The notes under the pieces: model-generated
Database searches by the model: none
What the model saw: the letters and a program-made list of their open reading frames with translations, nothing else
What the model was told of the DNA's origin: nothing
Made by a program: the position numbers and the translations under genes
Shown: in pieces, positions 25,701 to 38,500 of the stretch
How positions within the stretch are numbered: position 1 is the stretch's first letter
How the letters are laid out: each line of letters starts with the position of its first letter
Origin: Asterias rubens
Taxonomy: Eukaryota
Assembly: GCF_902459465.1 (NCBI RefSeq)
Contig: NC_047065.1
Coordinates: 3,472,001 to 3,536,000 of the forward strand
Reading direction: 5' to 3'
Length of the DNA: 64,000 nucleotides

Positions 25701-27552
25701 TTGTTTAGCCAAGAATTTTGCTAAGCAGCTTTTTGAACACAAAACCTGCAATACAGAGACAGATTTTGCTTAGCAGATGTACACATTACAATCTTTGTGG
25801 TTTCCACTTTTATTTTAGGTACACCACTCTTAGCTGGGCACTTCAGACCGGGGATGTATGTCGACTGCCGCGGTAGAACGTAAGTGAATTATTCAGAAAC
25901 TGAAGAACTGAATGAAGAATAGTGTCCTCAAGTGCAATGAGTTTCAATGTATATTGTCACTTTTCAACGGCTGTTTATTGATTCGAAAGTTGAATTGACC
26001 AATCACAGCTTTGATTATCCAACAGTCGACAGTCTGCCATGCTTGTAATATGCTTAAAGGTGCGGGCTGCATGATATGTTTTTGTCTATATGTATGTGCA
26101 GGGTTTTTTAACGCTGGACTTTATTGGCCCAAGCTCATAAACGCTGTTTACTGGTAATATTTTATGGCTAACTACAGCATAGGTAAAATAGTGAAATGAC
26201 ATAAACAATCATGAACATTTGACAACACAATGAGAGCTTTTTTGACAGTGGTGTGTCACTGATTGACAGTGATTGTTGAGTCACTGATTGACTTTAATAC
26301 AGTGTTGTGTCAGTGTCACTCATTGACAGTGAATGACTGTGTTTGTGTTGTCACCGATTGACATTGTGACAGTGTTGTGTCAGTGTTTTGTTTCTTACAG
26401 AATTTAAATAAATGGGACTCCTTTTTGGTTTTGTTTACCCCTCATTAGGATTGACAAAGGTTTCCAGGGCGTCATGAAACGATGGGGAATGAAGGGTCAA
26501 CCGGCAAGCCACGGAGCCACCAAGACCCATCGTAAAATGGGCGCATCTGGGGGTGGAGGGGTGAGTAATCTGGATTTGCATGGAGGTTGTCGTCTCTATG
26601 TTGTGGTCTTGGCATTAGTACTAATATTGGGTTTCCTAACAAGCACTTTATCCCACCCCTAAGAACGAATCAAAGCACCAATCCATTTTTTTAAGCAGAT
26701 CTATGTTTTGAATTAATTGATATTGATTTTCTTTTCTGTGTTATTGCAGACTCCGGGAAAAATTTGGCCTGGTAAAAAAATGCCTGGACATATGGGAGAC
26801 AAATGGCAATGGACCTATGGACTGAAGGTTAGTGTATTAAAGTATTAGTAGATGTATAATGTGCTTTATTGTATTTTTGAGAAAAAGGTAATTTTTTCAA
26901 ATACCGGTAACGCATCTGAAAGCACACAGTTGTGAAACAAGGGTGTTTTTCTTTCATTATTTTCTTGCAACTTCGATGACTGATTGAGTCCGAATTTTAA
27001 CAGGTTTGTTATTTTATGCATATGTTGGGATACAACAAGTGAGAGTACGGGTCTTTGACACTTGCCAAAGGTGTGCAGTGCCTTTAAGGGAACAAGTTTA
27101 CAACCCATCATCCAAGGGCTAGGAGCCGCTGAAGGTGGGAATTAATATTCCTCATAAAACAGTCAAGATTGTAGGATGGGGGGAAATTTGCACCAGGTTA
27201 TGAGTTCCAAAGAGATGCAGTACGTGGAATAAAGCTGTTAGAATTACTCCTATTCATGAAAAAAGCTAACGCTAAAAACCAGAAATGACTTTCATTCGTA
27301 CCACAGATCTGGCGTGTAAACACCAAGTACAACATAATCTACGTCAATGGCAGTGTATGCGGCACAAAGTACGGCTACGTTAAGATCATAGACACCATCA
27401 TACCCAAACGGAATGATTTTAAAGACCCCCCTCCGTTCCCTACGTACTACGAGGAAGAATCGTTGGACAAAGATCTGTACAGTGAAGATATGTTTGAACA
27501 CACAGAGCCGAGTATTCAATATGAAGAGGAGGAAGAAATCCCAAGTCGATGA
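22727..27552 (+). CDS. MRPL3: Mitochondrial ribosomal protein L3 (uL3m)
   Basis: Exons 22727-22809, 23705-23963, 24526-24630, 24910-25009, 25819-25879, 26449-26560, 26750-26827, 27307-27552, all phase-compatible. Motifs [54 protein letters not shown] and KKMPGHMG. Confidence 0.96.
25196..25687. mobile_element. TA-flanked MITE (Tc1/mariner-like ends)
   Basis: TA-CCGGTGTGGCGGTTTCA ... TGAAACCGCCACACCGG-TA; about 490 bp, non-coding, with subterminal CACCCGGAAAA repeats. Confidence 0.7.
26230..26390. repeat. Degenerate TTGACAGTG/TGTCACTG minisatellite
   Basis: Repeated TGACAGTG, CACTGATTGAC and GTGTTGTGTCA units in MRPL3 intron 5. Confidence 0.65.
26873..27088. mobile_element. MITE family A, one-sided fragment
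   Basis: One terminus only (GGTGTGCAGTGCCTTTAA) plus half of the body. Confidence 0.7.
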
Positions 27553-28039
27553 GGAGTTTTTTGCTGGAAGAGTGTTATTTCATGCCATTCTTTTGGACAT
27601 TTCCTTGAATGCTATCTTTACAATTCAGGCGTGATATTTTACCAACTTTAGTCTGTTTTCCAATTTTTTGTTTGCCCTTGGGAAAAATCTGAAAAATTGT
27701 GATTATTAAATAACCTTGAGCCTACAGCATGCGTAACATGTAGGTAAGTCCTTGTACTCGATGAAATGTTACTACTTTTTTTTTCAAATGACTCAATATC
27801 ATGCTTGTTCCATACAGATTGAACTTTCAACTGCATTTTCTTTTTAGTACCATTGAAGCAATTTCTGCATGCTAACTATTCAATATCGTGCACTGTGATT
27901 TTGAATGATACACTTTTGACAGCCTGCAATGTAATATCAGAATTGTTTTGTTGATATTATATACAGGTAGGTTATACATCATCTAGTGTGGTTTTGCAAT
28001 ATAGCAGAATTCTTTTGTTGGTATTGATATGATATCAGG

Positions 28040-28345
28040 CTGTGAATACGTCTACATAGTACACAGTCAACCCTCCTACTGTCTGACCATTCAATATTGG
28101 TTACTGTAGTTTTGAACAATAGATAAAACTATACCAGCCTTCAATATAATGACTTATGGTAAATGCATCTACACAGTATACGATCAATCCTCCTACTGTC
28201 TGACCATTTAATATCATCCACTGTTGTCTCGAATGATGGATACATTTGCCAGTCTGCAATCTGATACCAGGTAGCTAATGCATCTACCATGTCTACACAG
28301 TACACAGTCAACCCTCCTACTGTCTGACCATTCAATATCCTGCAC
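28040..28345. repeat. Degenerate tandem repeat, about 120 bp unit x3
   Basis: TACACAGT...TCAACCCTCCTACTGTCTGACCATTCAATAT recurs at about 28060, 28175 and 28300; a related reverse-complement array lies at about 52860-53140. Confidence 0.7.
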
Positions 28346-29580
28346 TGTGGTTGTGAATGATACAATGTACTTGGAATATAATATCATGTGGTGAATGTCA
28401 TAATGCTCATTTGGAGAAACAAAACAGACACAAACATTGAGTACCATTCAAGATTTTTATTGCAAAATAATCATTTGACAATGCAGTTACTTACTACACA
28501 GTTTCCACAACAAAGTGATATAATACAGAAAGAACATTTTACAAGATCTGTTTGTAAATAATAAAACAAAATTAATTGAACACATCTGGTGCTTTTTGTG
28601 ATTATTTGAAGCAAACATATAATATTGATATTGCACTCTCTTAGGGATAGAACTACTTGTTAATGTCTTTTTTGAAAAAAGCATGTTATACAAATATTGG
28701 ATGCAAGTGCGTGCATTGTCGCAAAATGTGAAATTTTGATTATTTCATGAGCCAAGTGAATCTGAAAAGCCAGATTTCACTTACTGATTATCTACTGCGA
28801 CTTAGCACAAACGAAATGCATCAAATGTTTGTTTTATTTAAACTCGCGCATAGATCGTTGTCATTTGAATTTTTTTTTAGACAGTAAACACTAAAATAGA
28901 CAGACTCTTTTCCACCCTGCACTCCAAACATTCTTAGAAACCCGTGCTCCTTACAATGCGGAAGACTTCATGTAACCACAAACCTTGTCCACTGTGACAC
29001 AAACTTTCCTTGCTTAGACAAAGGGAAGAAACAATTTCATATTGGACTCCAATATGAAGTTGTGGAGGGTAACGTCAGTATACATGACAAATGTAGGATG
29101 ACACATCAAATGACAATGTTCTGTGTGTGCGATATATAACTTAAAATAGGAGCATACAAATCCAGACATACTGGGTTTTATAACTTATTCAAGTGTGTAC
29201 ATAAAGATGCTCTTGTAGAGTACATGCATATGCATCCACCTGGCTCTAAAAATGAAGGTTTTGCCAAAACTTAACACAAGGTCGGAAAGAAAAGAACAAG
29301 GTTAGAGTAGGAATCTTAAAACTCAGTTTTGATGAAGTACATTTTACTCTCTGAAGGGGCACAACACAATCTGTGTTCCCCACCTTTTGCCTTCCCAGGA
29401 ACTGCCTTTCGACTGCCTTTCGACAGTGCTAACACACATCGGTGTATATGGGTAAAAACCAAAATAAATATTCCATGACTACTGTAATATTTGTATATAC
29501 TCGATACTATGAACACTTCATCTCTTTTCTTATGATAGTCACGCGATATGAAGTAAGGGAGCTGACTGGCCATTGGACAG

Positions 29581-32500
29581 TCACATGACCCTGATGAGGT
29601 GAGGATTGCGGTCTTTCTCATATTTTACGGTTCCTGTCTCCAGTCGTTGAGTTCTGATGCATTCTGCGATGCGCTTGTAGGTTGCAGTCTGTTGAATAGA
29701 CTAAAATATTACACTCCAAATATTGACTGATTCATTCAACATCATGGAAATCCATATGCAAAAACACGCCATGGCCCAGTCTACGGGTCGAGCATAAGGT
29801 TTGGAAGGTAGTGCATTCTGCTCTACCAACCAGGCCTCCTAGTGGATGATACCCATGCCTACATCCTTACAGACTGTGAAGGGGGTATAACCCAGTGTCG
29901 GCCCCAGGAGTAGGTGCCAACGTGTCCTGGTGACAGTTGATTTGGATTTATAGCCGAAGTGTACCCCTCACTTTGAAGTTTTGATTTATTTATCTTTTAT
30001 TAAAAGGACTAACAACCACCCAGAGTCATCTCTCAGAGACTGCTGTAAACTGCTATAAACACTTTACACACACATCCTGTAACCTACCTTTGGGTTTAGC
30101 ACGGAGACAACGTCTGTGACAGGTAACAGTTTCCCATGACGAGGATTGGCGGTGAAATAACGCTTACCCTTAATCACGCCATCAGTATCACCGACTGGAA
30201 GAGGTATAAATGAGTATAACAATAACAATCATTAAAATACAAAAATATTATTATACACAATCTGGGAATAAATGTATATAGCGTAAAATCCATCAGTAAA
30301 AATGCTCCCTGTGGGATTGATTTTAAAAAGATAGTCCTAACTTAGGACTAGTCCTAGGAGATATTAAAAACTGAAGGCTAGGTCTAAGTTAGGACAAGCA
30401 ACTCGTCCTAACTTGAGATAAGGCTAGTCTTAACTAGGCTAGTCTTGAAATGCACCACTTGACTTGATTTGACAAAGGAAGTCCTAACATAGGAATAGCC
30501 TTAGTTCTTTACCAACTCCTAGGACTAGTCCTAAGTTACGACTATATTTAATAAATCGACCATTGCTCACTAAAACCAATAAGCAGCCACTCCCTCCCTC
30601 CACCCGACCACCGGTTGGTCCAAACAATTAATTGAATTGCTGTACTGACCTGCCTCATCTAGTCTGATGCCTGTATACAGCCGATGATCATTGTGGTGAA
30701 ATTCCTTGTCCACCTTGCCGACAAACTTTACAACTCCGGTCAAGATGGCCCCTTTTCTCCTCCCACCTGTAGTAGTAGAAGTATGTACAGTAGTTAATAC
30801 GTTGAGAATGGAGAGCGGGTCAAAAGGTCACTGAATTATCTGCAGTAACAACATTACTTATTAAAGGCAGTGGACACTATTGGTAATTACTCAAAATAAT
30901 TATTGGCATAAAACCTTTCTTGCTGACGAGTAATGGGGAGAGGTTGATGGTATAAAACATCGTGAGAAACGGCTCCCTCTGAAGAAGTAATTTTCCACGA
31001 ATTTGATTTCAAGACCTCAAGTTTAGAACTTGAGGTCTCGAGATCAACCATCTAAACGCACACAATTTCGTGTTGCAAGGGTTATTTTTCTTTCATTATT
31101 CTCTCGCAACTTCGATGACCGATTGAGCTCAAATTTTCACAGGTTTGTTATTTTATGCATATGTTGAGATACACCAACTGTGAAGGCTAGTCTTTGACAA
31201 TTACCAATAGTGTCCACTGCCTTTAACCTATTCAGCACATAACACTATAGACCTTAGAAATAACAAATACTTTGAAATGTTTGGTATTGTACGGAATCAG
31301 GAGCTGCAAAAGTAAAATTTTACAGGTGAGTCTATAAGCCTATTCGGAGTTCCAGCTGCGCATGTCTGTTACTGCTGACAACGCAATTTGTTGCTCTCCC
31401 GTGACATTTTGACAATACCAGCGAGTATTGTCGAAAGGTCACTAGAGAGCAAAAAATTGCGTTGTCAGCAGTAACAGATATGCGCAGCTGGAACTCCGAA
31501 TCGACTTATTGAGACTAATGACACTCTGGTCTCAAAACACTCATACTGATAAGGACCAATTTTGCACTTCATTTTGTTTGTGGGGGGAAGTATGTTTAAA
31601 CATAATTCAAAAGATTGTGGAGTTTGCAAGAAAGATATCGTTGTTCAAGAAGGAGGAGAGAAATACTGGAGAAATATAGTTTGAGGAGAATGGGAGGTAG
31701 TAGGAAGTTTTCTCTGCCAAATCACAAACCTTTCTTCTTCACACGCACTCTGTCTCCCACTCGGAGACACTGGGCCACCAGAAAGTCATCCTCAAACATC
31801 ACTGTCCCTTTCTGCATAATGGAAGCTCCCTCAGTCTCCAATCGTGCCATGGACGACTTGGGTCTGAGGTGTGTACCATTCTTCAATGTAGGGTTGGCAG
31901 ACCGTGAGGTGGGTGCGTAAGAGCCTTCTGGGGTGTACAAGTCGTATATTGTAGGCATGCCGTCTTCGGCACTGCCTTGTTTGTGTAGGAGTCGTAGAAA
32001 GCTTCCGTTTGATGTGTTCAGGGAAGTGACCAGGCTGCCTTCGCTTTCCGGAGTATCGAGTCGTTGATAGTCCTCGAGCTTTGGCTGTTTGCAATCTGAT
32101 TGGCTACCGCTGCTACTACTGCTGTCATATGGAGGAGTGCCAACATCTAGCTGAGTACTGTTGTATGTGAGCTGGTGAGGGTGGAAGTATACATTCAGGA
32201 ATAATGTTTAAAAAGTCTGCAGTGTTTCTTTTATTGATTTACATAGACTTATGTTCAAGTTGTTATTGTCGTCATATGGAGGGGTGACATTATCTAGCCG
32301 AGTACTGTTGTATGTAAGCTGGTGAGGGGTGTATTGCTTAAAGTCAGTGGACACTATTGGTAATTGTCAAAGACTAGCTTTCACAGTTGGTGTATCTCAA
32401 CATATGCATAAAATAACAAACCTGTGAAAATTTGAACTCAATCGCTCATCGAACTTGCGGAATATTAATGTAAGAAAAAAACACCCTTATCACACGAACT

Positions 32501-35500
32501 TGTGTATGTTTAGATGGTTGATTTCGAGACCTCAAGTTCTAAATCTGAGGTCTTGAAATCAAATTCGTGGAAAATTACTTCTTTCTCGAAAACTATGGCA
32601 CTTCAGAGGGTGCTGTTTCTCGCAATGTTTTATACCATCAACCTCTCCCCATTACTCGTTACCAAGAAAGGTTTTACGGTAACAATTATTTTGAGTAATT
32701 ACCAATAGTGTCCACTGCCTTTAAAGTGTCTGCATATATAGACTTGTGGACAAGTAGTATTGTAGTGATAGCGTAATAATGTAGTACACTGTCGCTAGCT
32801 CTCGCCATCTTAGAGGTAAAACAATTACACAATGGTAAATGCTCATCTATGTATGCACATGATGGACCAAAAAGAGCAACCTTTTTTACTTTTGGTCCAA
32901 GGCGCCCTACTTATATGAAGTCTTGTGCATAAGATCTATTGCATGCGTGTAATCAGAATCAAAAGAAAAGGCAGTTTGTGAACGTAAAAACAATTCGCAC
33001 AACTAGTCATAGCATTTGCCATCGAATGGACGAACAGTATTTATAACCTTTTTCCCCTCTATATAAATGATGCAGTCTGCTCACCTTGGACCGTCTTGAC
33101 TGTGCTCCAACTTGAATGCCCTTAGAAGGTCTTCTGCAAATAATGACAAGCAGTTTGTCAAGAAGAATTGTTGTTAATTTGTTACGATTAACTGCGACAA
33201 AGATATCTAAATCTGCACGCTTCAAAATACATCTCAGTTTAATGTAAATAAATCAGTGACCAATACTAATATCCTAAGTTTCAATATGGATTTGGGTCAC
33301 CGCATAACAAGAATTTCAATATCAATAATAAAATAATGAAGAATTTGTTTACTGCTGTCGCTTACCTTTTTTGAAGCCTCACGATTCTAAAGTTTGTGCC
33401 ATTGGTCGGACCACCATTCCTCCAACCAATCCCCTGTGACTTGTTCTCCGAATCCACCCACGTCTCTCCATGGTCTGTTTCCAGTCTCTCCTTCACAGTA
33501 TCCAGCTCATGGGACTTCTGCATCACCAGACTATCTTTGCCTACGATCAACTGCTTTAGGGTGTAAATCTCGCACTTGGCGATGTCAAGTTCTTTTTCAG
33601 TTGCGTGGAGTTTGGCGAGCTCCGCCTCGAGGCCCTTGATCTTGGTTTTGTTTTCACCATTGACTCGTCTTGTTAGAATCAGGACGGCGTTCCTCTCCTC
33701 GAGACGTTTCTCGCAAACTTGGAGGGTTTCTTTCTTTTCGTCCAACTCCTTCTGAAGTGGCGGCAACTTCTTCAATTCCTGAATGTTGTAAAAAAGGGAA
33801 AATGTCAAAAATAAATTGCATTAAAAACACGGAGAATGCTAAGCTCAATTGTCATCTGTGTCTTCTGTGCACACCTTGTATGTCAGCTGTGGACATCTCG
33901 TGGTACATGCCTGTTCAGAAGATTATCCAGGGCCCAATTTCATAGAGCTGCTAAGCACAAAAATTTGCTTAGCATGAAATTTCTTCCTTGATAAAAACAG
34001 GATTACCAGCCAAATTTTCATTTGTGTCATATTGCTTGTTACTGGTATTCAGCTGTTGTGTGCTCATCCTGAAAACCGTGTGGAGATTTGGTTGGTAATC
34101 CTGTTTTTATTGAGGCAGAAATTTCATGCTAAGCAAATTTTTGTGCTTAGCAGCTCTATGAAATTGGGCCCTGATCATCAACGAATGGAAAAGCCTGCCT
34201 ACATACATGTATATTGGTTTTGAAAGCCCGGCCTTCTATGCAATCTGGGGTGTTCCATTTGGTTTTATCTTCATTTTCTGAGGAGAAAATGCACTTGCTT
34301 CAAACGGTTGCTCAACTTCCTGGAAAATTATCACACAGAGTAGGAAAGTCATGAACACCATGGCACTTGAGACTTACCAGTTCCATCCTCTCATTGCGTT
34401 TTCCTTCATATCTGAGCTGTTGATGTAGATCAGCAATCGCCGCTTTGCCGTTGTCGACCCGTGACTCACACTCGCTCAACTGCTTGTTCAAATCCTCAAT
34501 TTTGGTCTGATGGTCCACAATCTCCAGCTCACGATCTCGTACTGCACCCCTGGTGATTTTTAAACAAAAATGCTCCTTTTTTGAGTGAACTGTCTTCACG
34601 TGAAGATGAGCAGAGCATAGGCTAAGGTTGGAAGCATCAAGTCTCAACTTTATCTTGTTCTTTTATTTTGGGTTCCTTATAAGTTTTCCATTGGAAGAGT
34701 GTCAAATACGATCAGGTTTGACACTCTCTTAGAATGAGGCTAGAGATTAAAATATTTTTCACAATTTCATAAGGACCCTATCGTTTCGAAAATGGGTGCA
34801 TCACAAAACTTAATTTTGTCTTTGAGCCCCTCTTTAAAAAACCAACACTCCTACCCGAAGGCGATTTATTCCCAAGACTGTCACCTGTAAACCTTCTTAG
34901 TCCTCTTCACATAAAATGCTTTTCTGGATTGCGCACACTTGAAGGTATACATCTAATACAAGTACTCTTTATCTTTCAAAGTTTTAACATCTCACTCTTT
35001 CTCTTCTGACACACAACTTTTTTAATTAAATTTCTGCGATGAGAACGGTTCTTACTGGCAGTTTCTGAGAACGTCTCTCATGGATTCCAGATTGGCCTCT
35101 GTTCTTTCTGCTTCAGCCACTGAAAGAGAAGAAACATTGAGATTAAAATTGTTATTTAATTATACTTTTTTGTAATGAAACACAGGACGCCTGACAAGAC
35201 CAGGACTCAAACCCACACTCTGCTGATCAAAAACACCAGAGCACGAGTCAGTGCTTTTTACTGGTCACCAGCCTCGAATGTCCCACTATCAAAGACAAAG
35301 CAATTATGGTAAAGTATTTTAGGCGCCAAGACCTGGACTCAAACCCACACTCTGCTGATCAAAAACACCAGAGCATGAGTCAGTGTTTTTTACTGGTCAG
35401 CCTCGTCTAGCAATATAGATTGTCCTTATATTATGTACCTCTTTCTTCAAGCTGCTCAATCTTGTACTTCAGTTTAGTAATCTCCTTGTCCTTGGCATCA

Positions 35501-38500
35501 AGAAATATACCCTTCTTTTCACTCTGCAAAGCAAATTGATACAAGAAGAGACATCTTATTTTCAATTACAATTGTCTTATTTTAAATCACAAAATTACAG
35601 GTTCGAACCCAGCTCTGGGAATTTTTTCTTCGTTCAACCCTAATGATGATGAGGTATATTATCTGCCATTGAACAATGGTAGCAATCCACACCAATGATG
35701 TCACTTGTGGTAAAAAAAACCTGGATGTCAGCAAAAACATTTCCCCATGGACTCATATCATCCAACTAAGCTTGGGCGATATCACGATATTATCGAATAT
35801 CGCGATACTAATTTGGAAACGATTTCGATATCGGATAAATTTGGTTCTAATCAAAATATAGATTAAATATTGCAATATCGTGATGTATTTCCTAGCTGAG
35901 ACATCTTGCACCCCATAGGTTTGGAGTAAAACCAGAAGAATAGGTCATTAGAACACCTATCTTAAGCTATGACTGTCTCTTCTACAACTTTCACTGGGAG
36001 TTTGAAGACTGATGATGTCAAATTTACTTAATCGCGATTATATCGAATATCGCGATATATTATCGGCAATATATCATGAATAACATAAATCGATATCGCC
36101 CAAGCTTACATCCAACACAGCATCAGCACCACATCGGCGCATCAGAATGCAGTAGCAGTATAGCCTACAGTACACATGAGTAAACATAAAGCCTGGGCCC
36201 AATTTCTTAAAGCCTGTAAGCACAAAAATTTGCTAAGCATTAAATTCTTCCTTGAAACAGGATACCAACCAAAATTCCACATGATTTTTAGGCTAAGCAA
36301 ACAACAGATGAACACCAGTAACAAGCAATTTCCATCAAAAATTAAAATTTGGTTGGTAATCCTGTTTTTAACGCAGAAGAAATTTCATCCTTACCAAATT
36401 TGTGTGCTTACAGGCTTTATGTCATTGGGCCCAAGACACATGTAACGCACTCATACATTGCAACAACATACATTGCAACAACAAACAGGAGAACAACTTA
36501 TACCTCTGCTCTACTCTTCTCATAAAGTCTTGTGACTTTCTGCAGCTCCCTGCAAGTGAAAGCATTCTCAGAACTCAAGGTGGTGTACTTTTCTTCAAAA
36601 TCCTAAGAAAAAGAACAAAGATGCCGAGCTGGATCAGTTGAAACAACACATGAACAAAAAGATTTTAAAAAACACAACACATCTCAAAAAGCTTTTCTAA
36701 AAAGGAACATTTTGATTTGGCCATAGGGAGATTGAGAAATGACAGTCAAATGCATACCGTCCGCAGAGCCGACTCCTTCTCAAGTTTTTCTTTGGTGACT
36801 TTGAGTTCTTCAGACGTCTTAAGGAGAACTTTGGCGGCGTCGTTTCTGTTTGAGATAACAAACAAATGCAATTAATTTCTAAGAACAAACTTTGTTGACT
36901 CTGTAAAAGGATCATTTTTGTCTTTCTTATTCACTAATTTATGTTGGATGGCGTATCAAAACTAAAATACATACCGACTGTTGTTGTTTATAAACTGATT
37001 TGTTTAGTGCCGAAATGCACTATAAAAACATTTTGTTATTATTCTTAAATCCACCAAATTTATCTTGAATGGTTTGGTGGACGGTTTGTAACAAACAACT
37101 TTGGATTATCGATCCCTCAACTTTTTGCTGGCAGCTTTGCCTCGTGAAATGAAGAAGTCCAGAAATCACCGTTGTGAATATATTCTGCGATATTGTACTC
37201 ATATTTATGTACAATAATTGCATAACATACCTGTGTTTGAGCTGGTGTTGCTGCATGGTGACGATATGATTTGGTGGATGCCTAAGACTCTGCCCGGTTC
37301 TCTTGTTAAACCAGAAAGCACCTACGTGCCGTGTGCACAAAAAAGTCCAATCGTCCTGTAGCAAGAAATATTATTTCATTAAAAACTATCCGAGTTGTGC
37401 AAATATATTACCTCATAACACTCCACGATCAACATTTTTATTCATGGTTTTTTAAAATTTGTCTTTGTGGCCAGAGGCAAAATTGCATCACATTGTACAT
37501 TATATCAAATGGGATTTTATATTGAAATTTTGGCTCCTGCAATCGTTGTCAAGAAAAACTCATTTAGGTTAGCAATTCGTCATAGTTTTCTAATAACATT
37601 TTGACAATAATAATGATAGTATCCATTTCTTGAAATTAATATCAATTTATCACACACGAGGGCATCTCAAAGCAGTTATTGTTTGTTGTACTTGGAGCTA
37701 GGTTTGGGATTAAACAATGATAAAGTATATAGCACCACAATTTATTAACACAAACAGAGCTCTAGACCAATTAATTGACCAAAAAAAAGTTTTTTAAATA
37801 CATTGTAATGGATTACAAATAACAGATCAATCTAAAAATGTATTATGTATCAATCAAGTGCTTTAAGTCATTGAGATACTGTGAGGTACTTACTTTGAGT
37901 ATTAGTCCAAGAGATAAACTTCGTGTCATTCAATTATTTAAAACAACCACTTCAGCTGGAATAAATACATTTCAGGTAAGTCCAACTGTGTGGTCCTGGG
38001 AGACAACGTTTATCTCAAATATTTACTCGCTAAACAATCAAAGTGTTGGTAAATATTTGGCGACTCCAAACGAAGTACCAGACACTTTCAAGGCATGGTA
38101 ACTTTTATGTGCTACTGAATGTATCACATATAAGTGCCTTAGCCACAAGAAACCCTAACCCAATCAATATCCCTCTTATTGGTTGCCAGGAAGTCTGCTG
38201 CCCTCTTTATGCTAATTAGCATAACAACCAACCAGTCAATACTCTGCTCATCATGTGACAAAGGATGTCTTTATCCAGGGGGTAAAGTGACTCTGTTGAA
38301 TTTTGAATGAGGTGCACAGCTTTGTTGGGGAAACTCAGGGACTTTTCTCTGTTCATTGTAACTGGATTTTCAAGGATAGTATTTAGCATGTTTAGCTGGA
38401 GGCTGTTGGACTATAACTGTCTGTGAGATCAGACTGGGGACAACAAGCTTTGTGAATGGGGACAGTTATGTGTAAATAAGCTATAAATCACATACTTGAG

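Noticed and set aside
28450-28570. Possible convergent 3' overlap between MRPL3 and the novel gene (opposed AATAAA signals)
   Set aside because: AATAAA is frequent in this AT-rich DNA and MRPL3 has an earlier ATTAAA at about 27705; this cannot be supported without 3'-end data.
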